The position numbers and the translations under genes are program-made. From positions 75,702,001 through 75,766,000 of the forward strand of contig NC_135658.1 of the NCBI RefSeq assembly GCF_964188315.1: a DNA stretch of 64,000 nt, read 5' to 3'. Below are positions 37,797-50,226 of the stretch, piece after piece. Positions within the stretch are counted from its first letter, which is position 1. The number at the start of each line of letters is the position of its first letter. The notes beneath the pieces were generated by a model that worked only from the letters and a program-made list of their open reading frames with translations, ran no database searches and was not told where the DNA came from. The DNA is from Podarcis muralis (lineage: Eukaryota).

Positions 37797-40099
37797 CCTT
37801 CCACCATACCACACGGGGGGCTTTTGGAAACAGGCAAGGCCCACCCTATCATAGGCAAAGTAAGGCAATCGCCTCAGGTGGCAGATGCTGGCAGGTGGCA
37901 ACAGCCCTCTTGCTGTTCCTCTCTGTTGGACAGAGCTGTTTACGTTACACGGCATGCCTTGCTCCGCTTATTATGTTGTCAAGAACAGCTTGCAGAATAC
38001 AGCCACAATAAATCACCAGCCTGGAGGGACCCTTTGTTAGTTGCCCTGTGATGCTTCCCAATGCATATTTGTGTCTTCCCATATAAATCCTTTCTGGATT
38101 TCTTTCTCTAAACCAGGGATGCGGCCTGTGGTGAGGCAGGAATGGCTTCGGCCTGTGACTGCGCTGTGATCACTGCCACATAGAAAGGGACTCTTGTACT
38201 ATAGCACAACAAGAGTGGGACAAGAAATAAACTGAGACATTTGTGGCATTAAAAGATTCAGGATTTCACTAGCAAGTATGGGATGTGCATTGGACTGGAG
38301 ACAAAGCAGTCTGTCAACTGAACCCCAAGATGTTTGCAGGCACAAACACTTCTGAAAGTGGGCTCATTTATAACCACTCCAATAGCACCATGAGCACGAA
38401 TAATCATGAATTCACAATAAAAATGACATATGCAGGGGCCCTAAATTGAGTGGATGTTATATAGCAATGCCTACCCCAACAAGGAAAATGGACGGAACCA
38501 GTAACTAGCTGTGAGTCATGTCAGGTTACACTGCACATCCCCATCATGGTTAAAGTTATTTTTCCACAGGTTACCCAAGACTATATGCTCATTTTTTCCA
38601 GCTCATTTTTTATTTTGCTACATTTTAATGACATTATTTCATTGTGATGGATGTTGTCTGTTTTTGTGGCTGCCCTGGGCTCCTTTAGGAGGAAGGGTGA
38701 GATAGAAATTTAATTAATGAATAAATGAAATGAAATTCTTAAGACTGGTATTTTAATACGCTTGCTGACTTTCATAAAACACCTTGCAGGTGCCTGGCTA
38801 CATACTTAAAACCGCATAGGGCCACAGGAACAAATCTGCCTATGCTAATTTATATGTAGAAACATCACAGTAGGCAAGACAACTAATTTCCCACCCTAAT
38901 CAGCCCAGGTAAATTTTTCCAATGAATTTGCACTCCACTGCAGTTCACACCAAACTAATTTCTCTTCAATTCATTTATCCCCCATTAATTTCTCAGTACA
39001 TTATCCTCCAAAGCAATTCAACTCCCCTTAAATTATCCCCCATTCATTACCTCCAAATCATCTGGACAAAGTCATCTTAAATTAGTTTATTTCCCAAATT
39101 TAAAACCATACCCAGTATGTCCCAGGTTCAATTTCCCCCAAATTCATTGCTCACCCTCCAGATTTGGGGTCACCTTTTTCATCTATCACTAATTCAAACA
39201 CAATCATTCCAAGAGCAGAAATTACTTTTTGCTAGTGGAAACACACATTTGGATTCAACCCCACGAATTTTCACAAGTAACTTGTTTCCTCCCCCCCCCC
39301 CCACTTGTGTAATATGAATGTAGAATATATGATTTAGTCTCCAGGCAGAATCTCCATGCTGCACAACTCAGTTAAGTGGATCATTTTGAAGCAATTTTTT
39401 AAACCCACACTTCATCCATATATACTATTGTAGGCATCTGCATCCTTCTACTGCGATGTGTAGCTCATTGCAGAAGATGTGTGTGTGTGTGTGTGTGATC
39501 AATATGTGACAAATCTGATTTTAAGTTTAATCAGAACTTGGCAGCAGTAGTTTTGACATTTAAGAGTAAAATCTGCCGAACCGAATCTTGCTCAAACAGG
39601 TTATAACTGACAACTAGAGCTTGCAAATATATTCTGTTTGCTCAACAATGGGCAATCCAAAATTTGAGTTAATTAGCAAAGAGGGTCCCACTCTGATCCC
39701 TCAGCTGTTCAAATAGCTGAATCAGTAACTGGAAAGCTATCTGAAGTCCTCTTGCCTGGGACTTCATTAAACGGTCTCAGTTAAACCAGCTGACCTTTGC
39801 AAACTTGGTTCTTCTTATTTGTTGACCGTAAAGCTAAATGTCACCCATAAGACCTGGGATTGGACCAAGACATTTTGTGAATAACAAGATCACACTGGGA
39901 TAGCTCAGTTGGTACAGTATGAGACACTTAATCCCATACTGTTTTACAGCTTCTGTTGCAACTACAAAGCAAACTGGGACCCCCAATCCTCAAAGTGCCA
40001 GGGTTATCATTATCCAACCAAATGGCATAAATTCACTGGAAATACAACTTCAGCTATCCATACCCACATTTTGTCGTGAAACATATTTAAGAACCAAAC

Positions 40100-40186
40100 C
40101 TGTTCTCCCTTTTCTCAGCCAAAAGATAGCAATAGTAGGCATAGAAGGGTGAGCTCTTCTTTATCTGTATTCCATCATAATGATAC
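40100..40186 (-). CDS. RFX8: RFX8 exon 4 (end of the DNA-binding domain)
   Basis: (R)[28 protein letters not shown]; acceptor ttcag|G, donor AG|GTTTGG; 87 nt. Confidence 0.92.
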
Positions 40187-40409
40187 CTGAAGAATAACAG
40201 ACAAATTTAAGAGATTAATGAAGAGGCCAGTTGCGTGGCGAACTTTCAGCCATGATCTGTAAATATCTGTCAGATGGGATAAATAAATAAATGGGATACT
40301 TCCTGCGACACCGTTAACCACCTAATATGCTATGTACAACCTTGTTGATAATCAACTAAGCCAGTGCAACCAAAACTGTGGGTCCTGATGTGGTTCTGTT
40401 GGGTTGCAC

Positions 40410-40545
40410 CAGGCATAGGCAAACTCTGGCCCTCCAGATGTTTGGGACTACAATTCCCATCATCCCTGACCACTGGTCCTGTTAGATAGGGATGATGAGA
40501 ATTTTAGTCCCAAACATCTGGAGGGCAGGAGTTTGCTTATGCCTG
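40410..40545. mobile_element. hAT-type MITE (same family as 20673)
   Basis: TIR CAGGCATAGGCAAA; exact 8-bp TSD GGTTGCAC at 40402-40409 and 40546-40553. Confidence 0.92.
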
Positions 40546-40929
40546 GGTTGCACAATGAATGACATGCTCCCTTGCCCCATTTCCACAGGTCTTAGGTTCT
40601 TCCTTCCTTCCTTCATCAGGCAGACAGCACACCCTTCCTACTGGGCGACCCCATTAATAAATAAGCTCCTTCCATTCATGACAAGAGTGGGGAACCTGTG
40701 GCATTTCAGATGTTATTGGACTACAGCTGTGAACCTCCCTGGCTGCTGGCCAATGCTGGTTGGGGTTGATGAAGAATGAATTCCAACAACATCTGGAGGG
40801 CACAGTTTCCCCATTATTGCTCTATGTCACAGCTTAAATTCTATTCCAATACATACTGCCTAGAATATGGGTGGCCAAGGTATGTACTCTGGTGTTTTAA
40901 AATACAACTCCCATCAGTTGTAGAGCAGC

Positions 40930-41480
40930 CCCTGATGTTGACCCAGAAGCTGCAGCTTTGAAAAGCAGGGATGTGGCTGCTCACTGTGGCAAACGATCAT
41001 CATTATGTTACATTGCTGCTGAAAGATTTACACTGGGTGCCAATTGCCTACTGGGCTATGTTCAAAGTGCTGGTACTGGTGCACAATTCCCTATGCAGTT
41101 TGGGATCAGGAAACCTAAAAGACCCTATCACTCCTTATGTAACCCAACTGGTCACTGTGCTCTGCAAGAGAACACCAACTGCAGATACTATCTCACCAAG
41201 AGGGCTTGTTCTGCAGGACATAGGAACTGGGCTTCTAGAGTGGTGTAACCTATTCTTTGGTTTTGTATCAGACAGCCACCCTCCCACCTACTGTATTGTC
41301 GTTTTGATGCCTTCCTCTTTCAACAAGCCATTTAAGGGAAACTTTTGTCCCCATCTGTCTCGGATTTGAAATTGTTTTTATATACAGAACTGTGTCAAGT
41401 GTTTTATATATGTTTTCACTGTTGATGTTTCCAGTGTTAAATGACTTTGCGATGTCTCATAGGAAGCAATTAACAAGTGG
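40930..41480 (+). mobile_element. Degenerate L2-like LINE 3' fragment
   Basis: TLLLKDLHWVPIAYWAMFKVLVLVHNSL matches the L2 ORF2 C-terminal LHWLP motif. Confidence 0.65.
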
Positions 41481-42478
41481 AAATAAATAAACAAAACAGC
41501 CCCAGGAAGCATGTCCATTGGTCACTGATAATGGGAGTTGTAACCAACAGCATCTGGAAGACACTACATAGGCTATATACCTATGTCGTCATTAAAAATG
41601 GATATAAAATATAAACATGTGCAGTGTTGACTACTGATGATATATTCTTCAATGTGTTTTGAAGGGAGGAAAAATAAAATTAAAGGTGGGTCCCACTTCA
41701 AAATGTTTGAGAAGCACTAAGCTACAGGCCAGATTTTTATATGCTGCAATTTGACTTAAAACAAATAGTTTCTCTCCGATAAACATACGAAAACTGCTCT
41801 AAAGATCACCATGTTTTCCAATGTGAAGCTCTGCCCCACTATTTCAAGTTTTGCCAGATTAGTGATAAATTTAATTCTGCCTATAGATTAATGCCACATG
41901 AGGCGTGGGTGGGTTAAAAACCACAAGCATTGACTGATCCTTCTGTTCCACCTTAGAATATTTATGAACGTTAGCACCATTCAGCAGTCAACTGCCACCG
42001 GCAGAATATTAACAAACTGCAGCTACTATAAGGAAAGTAAAAAAATGAATTTAGTGTGAATGCACACACACACACTGCCTGAAGGGGAAGAGAACAGGTG
42101 TGCTGTTTTCAGAAAGGAAAAGATGCCAGGAGGTCAAGGACTGTGAGAACAGATGGGGAAGCGAGGAACAGAGACAGGGATCTTAGATGCGAAGAAATTG
42201 AAGAAAAGAGTACAATAAGCTGGGCAGAGAGAGACTCGGTGATTGATGGGGGAAATGATTTAACACCCACAGAACATTTAAGGGAAAGAGATACAGAAGA
42301 GGGAGGGAGTTGAAGATTTCTCTGTGAATATATTTCACTGTTTACAGATGTTGCTACCATGGTTTTGCATGAATGTTCACCTTCCTTATTACAGTACCCA
42401 TGAACTCTTAAATGCACAAATAAGCAGCTGACTATTGACTTTTCTAATAGCCTCTAAATCTTCAATTAATACAAATTA

Positions 42479-42592
<114 letters not shown>

Positions 42593-43188
42593 TTAGTCAC
42601 ACTGGTAAAATATTTGTGTGCTTCCTGTATCATCTCAGAACATTTTCAACCCATTTTCTAGTTATCACCAGGTGATGTACTCACCTGGTATTTACTGATC
42701 TGAACAGCTAGTAATTTCCCCACATTCTGTCAATCTATCTGGAATAGTTTACATGTTTTACAGTGCATTCCTCAGTACACATCATCTACTCAGAAGTAAG
42801 CCACATTAAATCCTCCCAGGAATGTGTGTTTAGGACAGCAGCCTCATGCCATTTTTCACTCGACAGTTTATATCCAGAAATACGAAATGTTTACTCAAGT
42901 ATACATTGTGCATGTCTCACAGCAGTTGTGAGTGGAACACATATTAAAACCACCATACTGAATCTCCCACTGGGTCTAATTTGAACCTAAGGCTGCCATT
43001 GTATGCAGATTTAATAGGGAGTTAATTCCCATTGAAATGAGCTGTACTGAGCAATTATGAATAGGAGTGTCCTGCACATGTCTCAACACAATATACAGTA
43101 CCAAGTGATTACTGAACAGAAGGGAAGATTTGTTTGATAAGTATGTACAAATATAACATCACTGATTCTCTATAATAAATGAATAGTA

Positions 43189-43519
43189 AAGGTAAAGGGA
43201 CCCCTGACCATTAGGTCCAGTCATGACCGACTCTGGGGTTGCGGCGCTCATCTTGCTTTATTGGCCGAGGGAGCCGGCGTACAGCTTCCGGGTCATGTGG
43301 CCAGCATGAATAAGCCATGCACGGAAACGCCGTTTACCTTCCTGCTGGAGTGGTACCTGTTTATCTATTTGCACTTTGACATGCTTTCGAACAGCTAGGT
43401 TGGCAGGAGCAGGGACTGAGCAACGGGAACTCACCCCGTCGCGGGGATTCGAACCGCTGACCTTCTGATTGGCAAGTCCTAGGCTCTGTGGTTTAACCCA
43501 CAGCACCACCCGCATCCCT
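43189..43519 (-). mobile_element. Sauria SINE with internal deletion
   Basis: 13-bp TSD TAAATG(A/T)ATAGTA with one mismatch, at 43176-43188 and 43520-43532. Confidence 0.9.
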
Positions 43520-43627
43520 TAAATGTATAGTAGTTCTACTAAAATCAGCTCCCAGAGGAGAAGAAACTGATACAGTTCCATCCGAAACCAATAACATTTT
43601 AAGGTAGCAGCAGCACACTGTGTATAC

Positions 43628-43751
43628 CTTTCCAAATGTAGCTGGATTTACTTGAGTCTGGGCCTCCTGTCTGCAGTTCTCCACATACATTTCGTACAGC
43701 AGACAACGTGGCACACTGCATCCTTCACATACAAAGAAATTGTCTGCTATC
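43628..43751 (-). CDS. RFX8: RFX8 exon 2 (helical part of the RFX DNA-binding domain)
   Basis: (W)[26 protein letters not shown]...VNPATFGK; donor AAG|GTATAC; 124 nt. Confidence 0.94.
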
Positions 43752-44586
43752 CTTGGAGGGGGGGAAAGAACCAAGAGGAAACAAATGTTATGCCTATTTA
43801 CGTTCAGAAGATGTGGGTTGCCATGTTTACTTTGAAGGACAGAAGGTTTGCAGTAGGTAAAATAAAATTATAACTTGGAATTCCTGGGTTTACAAAGCGT
43901 TTTGTGAAACAAAATTGAATTCCATAAAATTGTTAATTGTTTGAATACAGTGTCTCCATATCTCAAGGTTGTTGGTTTCACTTTGGTTGCATTGTATTTT
44001 AATGCTTTTATATTTTATTATTTCATTTTATTTCAATCTGTTTTAATCATTTAACCTTCATTTTGCCTACAGAACTTCAGTTGTTACGTGGCGTTAAAAT
44101 GTAGTAAATACATATATTTATGCATACTAGATCGTCTGGTCAGCTATTGGGGGGAACAAAATGCTAGATTCGGGGCTAATCCAGAATGGCTCTCTTCTTA
44201 TGCTTCTTACTCACTAATCTGCACACAATTCAGACTAACCGTACCTGATACCAAAAACAGAAAAACCCTATTTAATAAATAAACGATTATATATATAGCC
44301 CACCTTTTCCCCATCATGGAAATTGTGGCATCTCCCATTCAGACACTGACCAGACCAAAACCTACTTTGGTTTAAGAAGCTGGTTTCCTCAGACATCATA
44401 CTTTTGCTCTCAGCTTATGCCCAATCAAAGGTATTACACAATAGCATGGGTGTCATTAAAAGCAGGTTGGAAGGATGCCATTTGAGGCTATCTATTCTAC
44501 AACCAAAACAAACAGCACAATTATTTCCAACTTCCAAAGCTGGTGGGAACACTGAACCACATGGCAATTTGTGTTAAGAGGTTTAA

Positions 44587-44617
<31 letters not shown>

Positions 44618-44882
44618 CAGCGAAATGCCCCTTCAGGAAACACTGTGACGAAATCCATGTTTGCAAATGTAGTAATTGTGAGGGAAGGGCCACAAGCTCA
44701 TTGGCAGAGCACAGCATCTCAAGGTTGGGCTGGGAGAGAGACTTTTGCCCAGGACCTCGGAGAGATCCTACCCCTCATCAAGGCATGCAAATTCTGAGCT
44801 GCACAATACAATGGTCTGGAGGCAGCTGTAATACTGCACTGTGCAGAGTCTCTTGAAACTTATTTTTTGGGTGGGGTGGGGG

Positions 44883-46094
44883 CAGGGCCAGATTTTGGTT
44901 TGATGAGGCCCTGAGCTATTGAAGGTAATATGGCCCTTTACATGTCCAGCTGTCCTCTGTCAACAACAAATTGTTGCTGTTTTTGTGTGTTGAATATATG
45001 CTAAATGGTAATTTATGCATAGCATCTTAAAAAGTAGAGACATCACCTTGCCAACAAAGGTCCGTATAGTAAAAGCTATGGTTTTCCCAGTAGTGATGTA
45101 TGGAAGTGAGAGCTGGACCATAAAGAAGGCTGATCGCCGAAGAATTGATGCTTTTGAATTATGGTGCTGGAGGAGACTCTTGAGAGTCCCATGGACTGCA
45201 AGAAGAACAAACCTATCCATTCTTAAGGAAATTAGCCCTGAGTGCTCACTGGAAGGACAGATCGTGAAGCTGAGGCTCCAATACTTTGGCCACCTCATGA
45301 GAAGAGAAGACTCCCTGGAAAAGACCCTGATGTTGGGAAAGATGGAGGGCAGAAGGAGAAGGGGACGACAGAGGACGAGATGGTTGGATAGTGTTTTCGA
45401 AGCTACCAGCATGAGTTTGACCAAACTGCGGGAGGCAGTGGAAGACAGAAGTGCCTGGCGTGCCCATGGGGTCACAAAGAGTCAGACACGACTAAACGAC
45501 TAAACAACAACAATTTATGCATGCAACCAGTCCATGCAGAATGCAGGCACCCTATATATAGAAATGTGCAAAGCAGAGATATTTTAGGCTGAGCGAGCTA
45601 GCAGGCGGGGCCCATTACTACAAGCTAGCAGGTGGGGCACACAATTCAGACCATACCTGATACCAAAAACAGGAAACCCTATTTTAAAAATAAACAATTA
45701 TATATATAGCCCACCTTTTCCCCATCATGGAGCTTGTGGCATCTCCCATTCAAACACTGACCAGACCAAAACCTACTTTGGTTTAACAAGCTGGTTTCCT
45801 CAGACATCATACTTTTGCTCTCAGCTTATGCCCAATTCAAAGGTATTACACAATGCTATGCATGGGTGTCATTAAAAGCAGGTTGGAAAGATGCCACTTG
45901 AAGGCTATCTTCAAATGTATCATAGGAGCCTGCACAACACAAAACACTGCTGCTGTAGGTAGGTTTTATTTTATTTATCTTATATTTTGGAAATGTACAT
46001 CCAGTTGTTGTTTTTCTTTAAAAATTTTTGGAGCCCCCCAAAAAGTGAGGCCCTAAGCTGTAGCTTGTTTAGCTTATACGTAAATCAGACACTG
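44883..46094. mobile_element. hAT-like non-autonomous element with nested Bov-B and an internal copy of flanking DNA
   Basis: Imperfect TIRs CAGGGCCAGATTT and (reverse complement) CAGTGTCTGATTT; candidate 8-bp TSD GGTGGGGG / GGTGAGGA (6/8); subterminal GAGGCCCT(G/A)AGCT at both ends. Confidence 0.6.
45021..45511 (+). mobile_element. Bov-B (RTE) LINE, 5'-truncated 3' end
   Basis: Open frame ILKSRDITLPTKVRIVKAMVFPVVMYGSESWTIKKADRRRIDAFELWCWRRLLRVPWTARR is the Bov-B ORF C-terminus; ACTAAAC/CAA tail; TSD AATTTATGCAT at 45010-45020 and 45512-45522. Confidence 0.95.
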
Positions 46095-46139
46095 GGTGAG
46101 GAACAAACTTATTCACCAGTTTCCTCCTCCTGACACGTC

Positions 46140-46720
46140 CTTTATCAGGTCGCTCGCTTTCTGCCCGCCCACCCCAGAGCCAAGCAGCTCGGCTTTCCCT
46201 TCAGCTGCTGCTACTCATTGCACTCGCAGCTCGCGGGGCTAAAAAGCAGCAGGGCTGCTTATAAAGAGACGCCTCCACCTCCAGGAAATGAGGTCGTGGT
46301 GGTGCTGAGGACACCTACCACTGAGTAATGGGCTGGTATATGTTACTACAGCCGCCGGGGAAATGCTCGGCCATCCCGCTGCGCGCAGGCGTCCCGAGCC
46401 GCCCCGTCGAGGGCTCCGCGCGCGCCGCTGGTTCCTCTGCTGTTTATTTTAGAAGCCGGGCTCTAGACGTCGCGCTCGTTCGCGCCCGCCTTTGGAAAGC
46501 CGCGCCGCTCGCTGATTGGACGGCAGCAGCGCTTTGCCACCTTCCATCGATCGCTGCGCCGGCTGATTGGGCCGCTCGAGCAAACCGCGCTGGTGGGGGG
46601 AGGGAGGGCGGCCGCCGCTTCTCACGTCTGTTGCCGCAGCATTCACACACGAAGCAGCAGCTGCTGCGTTCGCTCCCACCCGCTGTGTGGCTCATAAATA
46701 AAGCAGCCGCCGTTTGGTGG
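46140..46720. promoter_or_regulatory. CpG island / RFX8 promoter with two CCAAT boxes
   Basis: CpG-rich tract; GCTGATTGG (CCAATCAGC on minus) at 46511-46519 and 46562-46570; GC boxes. Confidence 0.8.
46319..46374 (-). CDS. RFX8: RFX8 coding exon 1
   Basis: gggATGG Kozak; MAEHFPGGCSNIYQPITQ(W); donor TG|GTAGGT; phase 2 completes the conserved Trp of the DNA-binding domain with exon 2. Confidence 0.85.
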
Positions 46721-47407
46721 GGTAGTAAATTCCACTGAGCTCAATGGGACTGACTTCTGAGAGGGCTTGTATAAGGTTGCGTTGTGGGCCCTGTCCCTGG
46801 AGAAAATATTATTGTGAGTTCGATGGAGTTACTCTATAATGATGCCTGAGTACCTTCTTATCCCCGGAATTGTGGAGCCAACAAGAGTTAAAATCTAATA
46901 GAGGCAGAGGTGCCGACTTAAATAAACTTGTTGGTTGGTCTGATGCATAGTTTCTCAGAACTAAATCCCAATGGGTATAAATAACAGCCTGATCGCATGG
47001 TATACTCAGTGCTTTTTTCTAAAAAAAATAAAAATGTTTAGGGATACTCTCATTTTGACTCAAGAAAACCACCATTTTATAGTTCAAATCTGGGGAAAAT
47101 AAATACAGTAAATGGACGAAAGTACAAAGATTCATGAAATGTTTAGGGGTATATGTACCCCCAGAAAAAACGCACTGGGTATACTAATGCATTTAGCCTG
47201 CAATCCAATATTAGCACTTAACCTGGGAGTGAGCTGGGCTGAATTCCTTGGGGCTTACAGTACTTCTAAACGCATATGTATAGGATTGGGTGGTTATGTG
47301 CATAGGGCCAGGTTGCATCTCTCCTCAGCACACTTAACTTGAGAGGAAGGTGCATTTTGTTACTTCTGTTATGGAAATACACTATGGGAATTAAGGAATC
47401 ATACTAC

Positions 47408-47762
47408 GGACGTGGGTGGCGCTGTGGGTTAAACCACGGAGCCTAGGGCTTGCCAATCAGAAGGTCAGCAGTTCGAATCCCCGCGATGGGGTGAGCTCCC
47501 GTTGCTCGGTCCCTGCTCCTGCCAACCTAGCAGTTCGAAAGCACGTCAAAGTGCAAGTAGATAAATAGGTACCGCTCCAGCGGGAAGGTAAACGGCATTT
47601 CTGTGCACTGCTCTGGTTCGCCAGAAGCGGCTTAGTCATGCTGGCCAAAGACCCGGAAGCTGTATGCCGGCTCCCTTGGCCAATAAAGCGAGATGAGCGC
47701 CGCAACCCCAGAGTCGGCCACGACTGGACCTAACGGTCAGGGGTACCTTTACATTTACATTT
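47408..47762 (+). mobile_element. Sauria SINE, full length
   Basis: Complete head, body and ACCTTT/ACATTT tail. Confidence 0.9.
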
Positions 47763-48061
47763 ACTAGGCTCTGCACGGGGCTGGGCTACTGCTTTCAGGC
47801 AGGATCACCAATTGCCATTGTAATTTGCTTTCCACCTGGGGAGGTATACAGTTCAATTGCGTTCCGAGTATATATGTTGGCGTTTTGGAGGAGAATTTTC
47901 TGAACAGGGATTGAAGAATACAACATATGGCTATGTGCTGATTGCTGAAGTGCCATGGCAACCCACTGCTGTGCCATACATACATACCTAATAAAAGATA
48001 AAATAAAAGCTCTGGATTTTCTCTTACTTTTGCATAAATGCGATCTATAATTACCATGTCT

Positions 48062-48206
48062 ACATGGGAGTAGCCAAGGGGGGGGCAGCTCCCCCCCAGT
48101 CAAGTAAAACAATAGAAATACTTAACTAACTGACTACTCACTTTGGTTCTGCCCCCCCCCCCAACAAAAGTCCTGCCCCACCGACAAAAATCCTGGCTAC
48201 GCCCAT
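48062..48206. mobile_element. Small MITE
   Basis: TIR CATGGGAGTAGCCAAG / CTGGCTACGCCCATG; superfamily not determined. Confidence 0.55.
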
Positions 48207-48412
48207 GAATGTCTAGGTAACAGGACAGGCTTCATTCCTCTTCCAACTGTATCACTAATGGCAATCCACTTTCCATATTAAGCCTAGCTCACATAGGATT
48301 TTTTCACCTGGGGGTGTTTCTGAAGTCTCCATGGCAAGGATAATGTGCAGGACCAGACAAGACATTTCAGTGCCTGTAGCAGCAAATGGTGTGTCTCCCT
48401 TCACCCCGGTTA

Positions 48413-48504
48413 AGGTGCATGCTACCCAAATTATTAGGTGCATGCTACCCAAATTATTAGGTGCATGCTACCCAAATTATTAGGTGCATGCTACCCAAAT
48501 TATT
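48413..48504. repeat. Minisatellite, 4 perfect copies of 23-bp AGGTGCATGCTACCCAAATTATT
   Basis: Units start at 48413, 48436, 48459 and 48482. Confidence 0.95.
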
Positions 48505-49279
48505 TTGTCATCAGAAGCCGAAGACTCCCTCTCCTTAGCAGTTAAAACCACTATGAATAATAATTAAATTTGGTAACTGCTTCTCCTTTCAATATTGTCA
48601 AAATGGCCTTGCAAATAGTAGGGCCAGCTCCCACAATGGAGTACTGTACACACACACAGCCATCATAATGAGAGGGTCTTTTGCCTATTGCAAAACAATG
48701 GATTGCTTGGGGGTGGGGCTTTAGGAGCAAGCAATAAATCAGCTTGCAGAAAGGATTTCAAACAAAGGAAAACCCCTTGCTGTCAAATTATCAAAAGGAA
48801 AGCAGAAAGGAAGGCCACTTGGTCTCACGTGAAGATGAAGAGTTTAGATATTTCATTGAACTTTGCTCTGTGTAGAGGCTATAAGCCTTGCTCTCCGTGA
48901 TGTATGTAAGGCTTTCCCACTTCTTCCTTGGAGCCCCAACACAGGTAAAATGGGATAGTGATAGCAAAGCAGCAAAATGGTAATATGAAAAGTGCAGCGG
49001 GAAGAAATTAAAGGGCACAGAGGAAAAATAGTCCCTTGCCAGCATATTGCATGCAGTTGACAGCAAGCCTTTGCTAACTTGGTGCACTCCAGGTATTTAG
49101 GACTCTAACTCCCATCAGCCCCAGTCATTGCAGCAATGGTGACTGGAGCTAATGGGAGTTGTAGTCTCTAAGTAGGTGAAGGCTGACTTACCTGTTGCAG
49201 GCCAAAGTTTATGGGAGGTTATTAGTTGAGCTGTTTCATTTAGCTTGCATATGTTACAATATGGATGCACCAAAATATA

Positions 49280-49521
49280 CAGTGGTACCTCCGGTTAAGT
49301 ACTTAATTTGTTCCGGAGGTCTGTTCTTGACCTGAAACTCTTCTTAACCTGAAGCACCACTTTAGCTAATGGGGCCTCCTGCTGCCGCTGCGCCACCGCC
49401 ACGCAATTTCTGTTCTCATCCTGAAGCAAAGTTCTTAACCTGAGGTACTATTTCTGGGTTAGGGGAGTCTGTAACCTGAAGCGTATGTAACCTGAAGCGT
49501 ATGTAACCCGAGGTACCACCG
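49280..49521. mobile_element. Tigger-like MITE (family also at 61177, 62686, 63668)
   Basis: CAGTGGTACCTC TIR, TA flanks, internal GTAACCTGAAGCGTAT repeats. Confidence 0.88.
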
Positions 49522-50154
49522 TACTACGTTTTAAATATATTAGTTTTGATACTGTTAAGAGTGGTGATTTTTATTGTGTTTCCCCTTCTCCCTGCCCCTG
49601 GAAATCATCCATGTACTCATAAATGTTTGCTGCTCTGTGGAAGTGTTATGTTTCTAACAACAACAACAACACAATTTTTTTTATTATGCCAATATCTTAA
49701 GCTTCACAGAGGCATCACTCTGTGGGAAGCATAATGTTTTTATACTACCTGGAGGCTGGTGCAAGCATATATTTCAGCGAGGGCATATGTTGTCAATATC
49801 TGGGTGTAGCAAAATGTACTGTTTGTGTTTTACATTTCTGTTGTGCTATTCTTTTTTTGTAAACCACCCTGGGATCATGAATCAAGGGTGGTATAAAAAA
49901 TACCTAAATAAAGAAACAAGTTCAGTTCCACAGAAAATAACTTTTGGTATTTATGATCCAGTTGTCGCAATTAATTCATCCTAGGAAACTTATCAAGTAT
50001 CCACAGAGTCTGTTTTGATTCCAGCTAAGGCTATCTTGATATGTTCAGTGAATCCATCACAGCAATATTGCTAGCATTGGTGTGGCACTGAGACAAGAGT
50101 GGTCTAAACAGCAGAGGAAGACTTCCGTGTGTCTGACAAGAGTACTGAAGACCG

Positions 50155-50226
50155 ATGGACTCTATAGAAGATATTGAATGTATTAAGCCCCTGCTTCAAT
50201 ACAAGTACGGATGCCTCGTCTCAAAG
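50155..50226 (+). CDS. ASMT: ASMT-like exon 1
   Basis: accgATGG; MDSIEDIECIKPLLQYKYGCLVSK, compared with chicken-type MDSTEDLDYPQIIFQYSNGFLVSK; donor AAG|GTATGA. Confidence 0.88.

Noticed and set aside
39895-39935. tRNA-like heads (also at 19700-19760 and in the SINEs)
   Set aside because: A/B boxes belong to SINEs; no complete cloverleaf, so no tRNA gene is called.
48413-48504. CRISPR-like appearance of the 23-bp repeats
   Set aside because: No spacers, no cas genes, vertebrate context; it is a tandem minisatellite.
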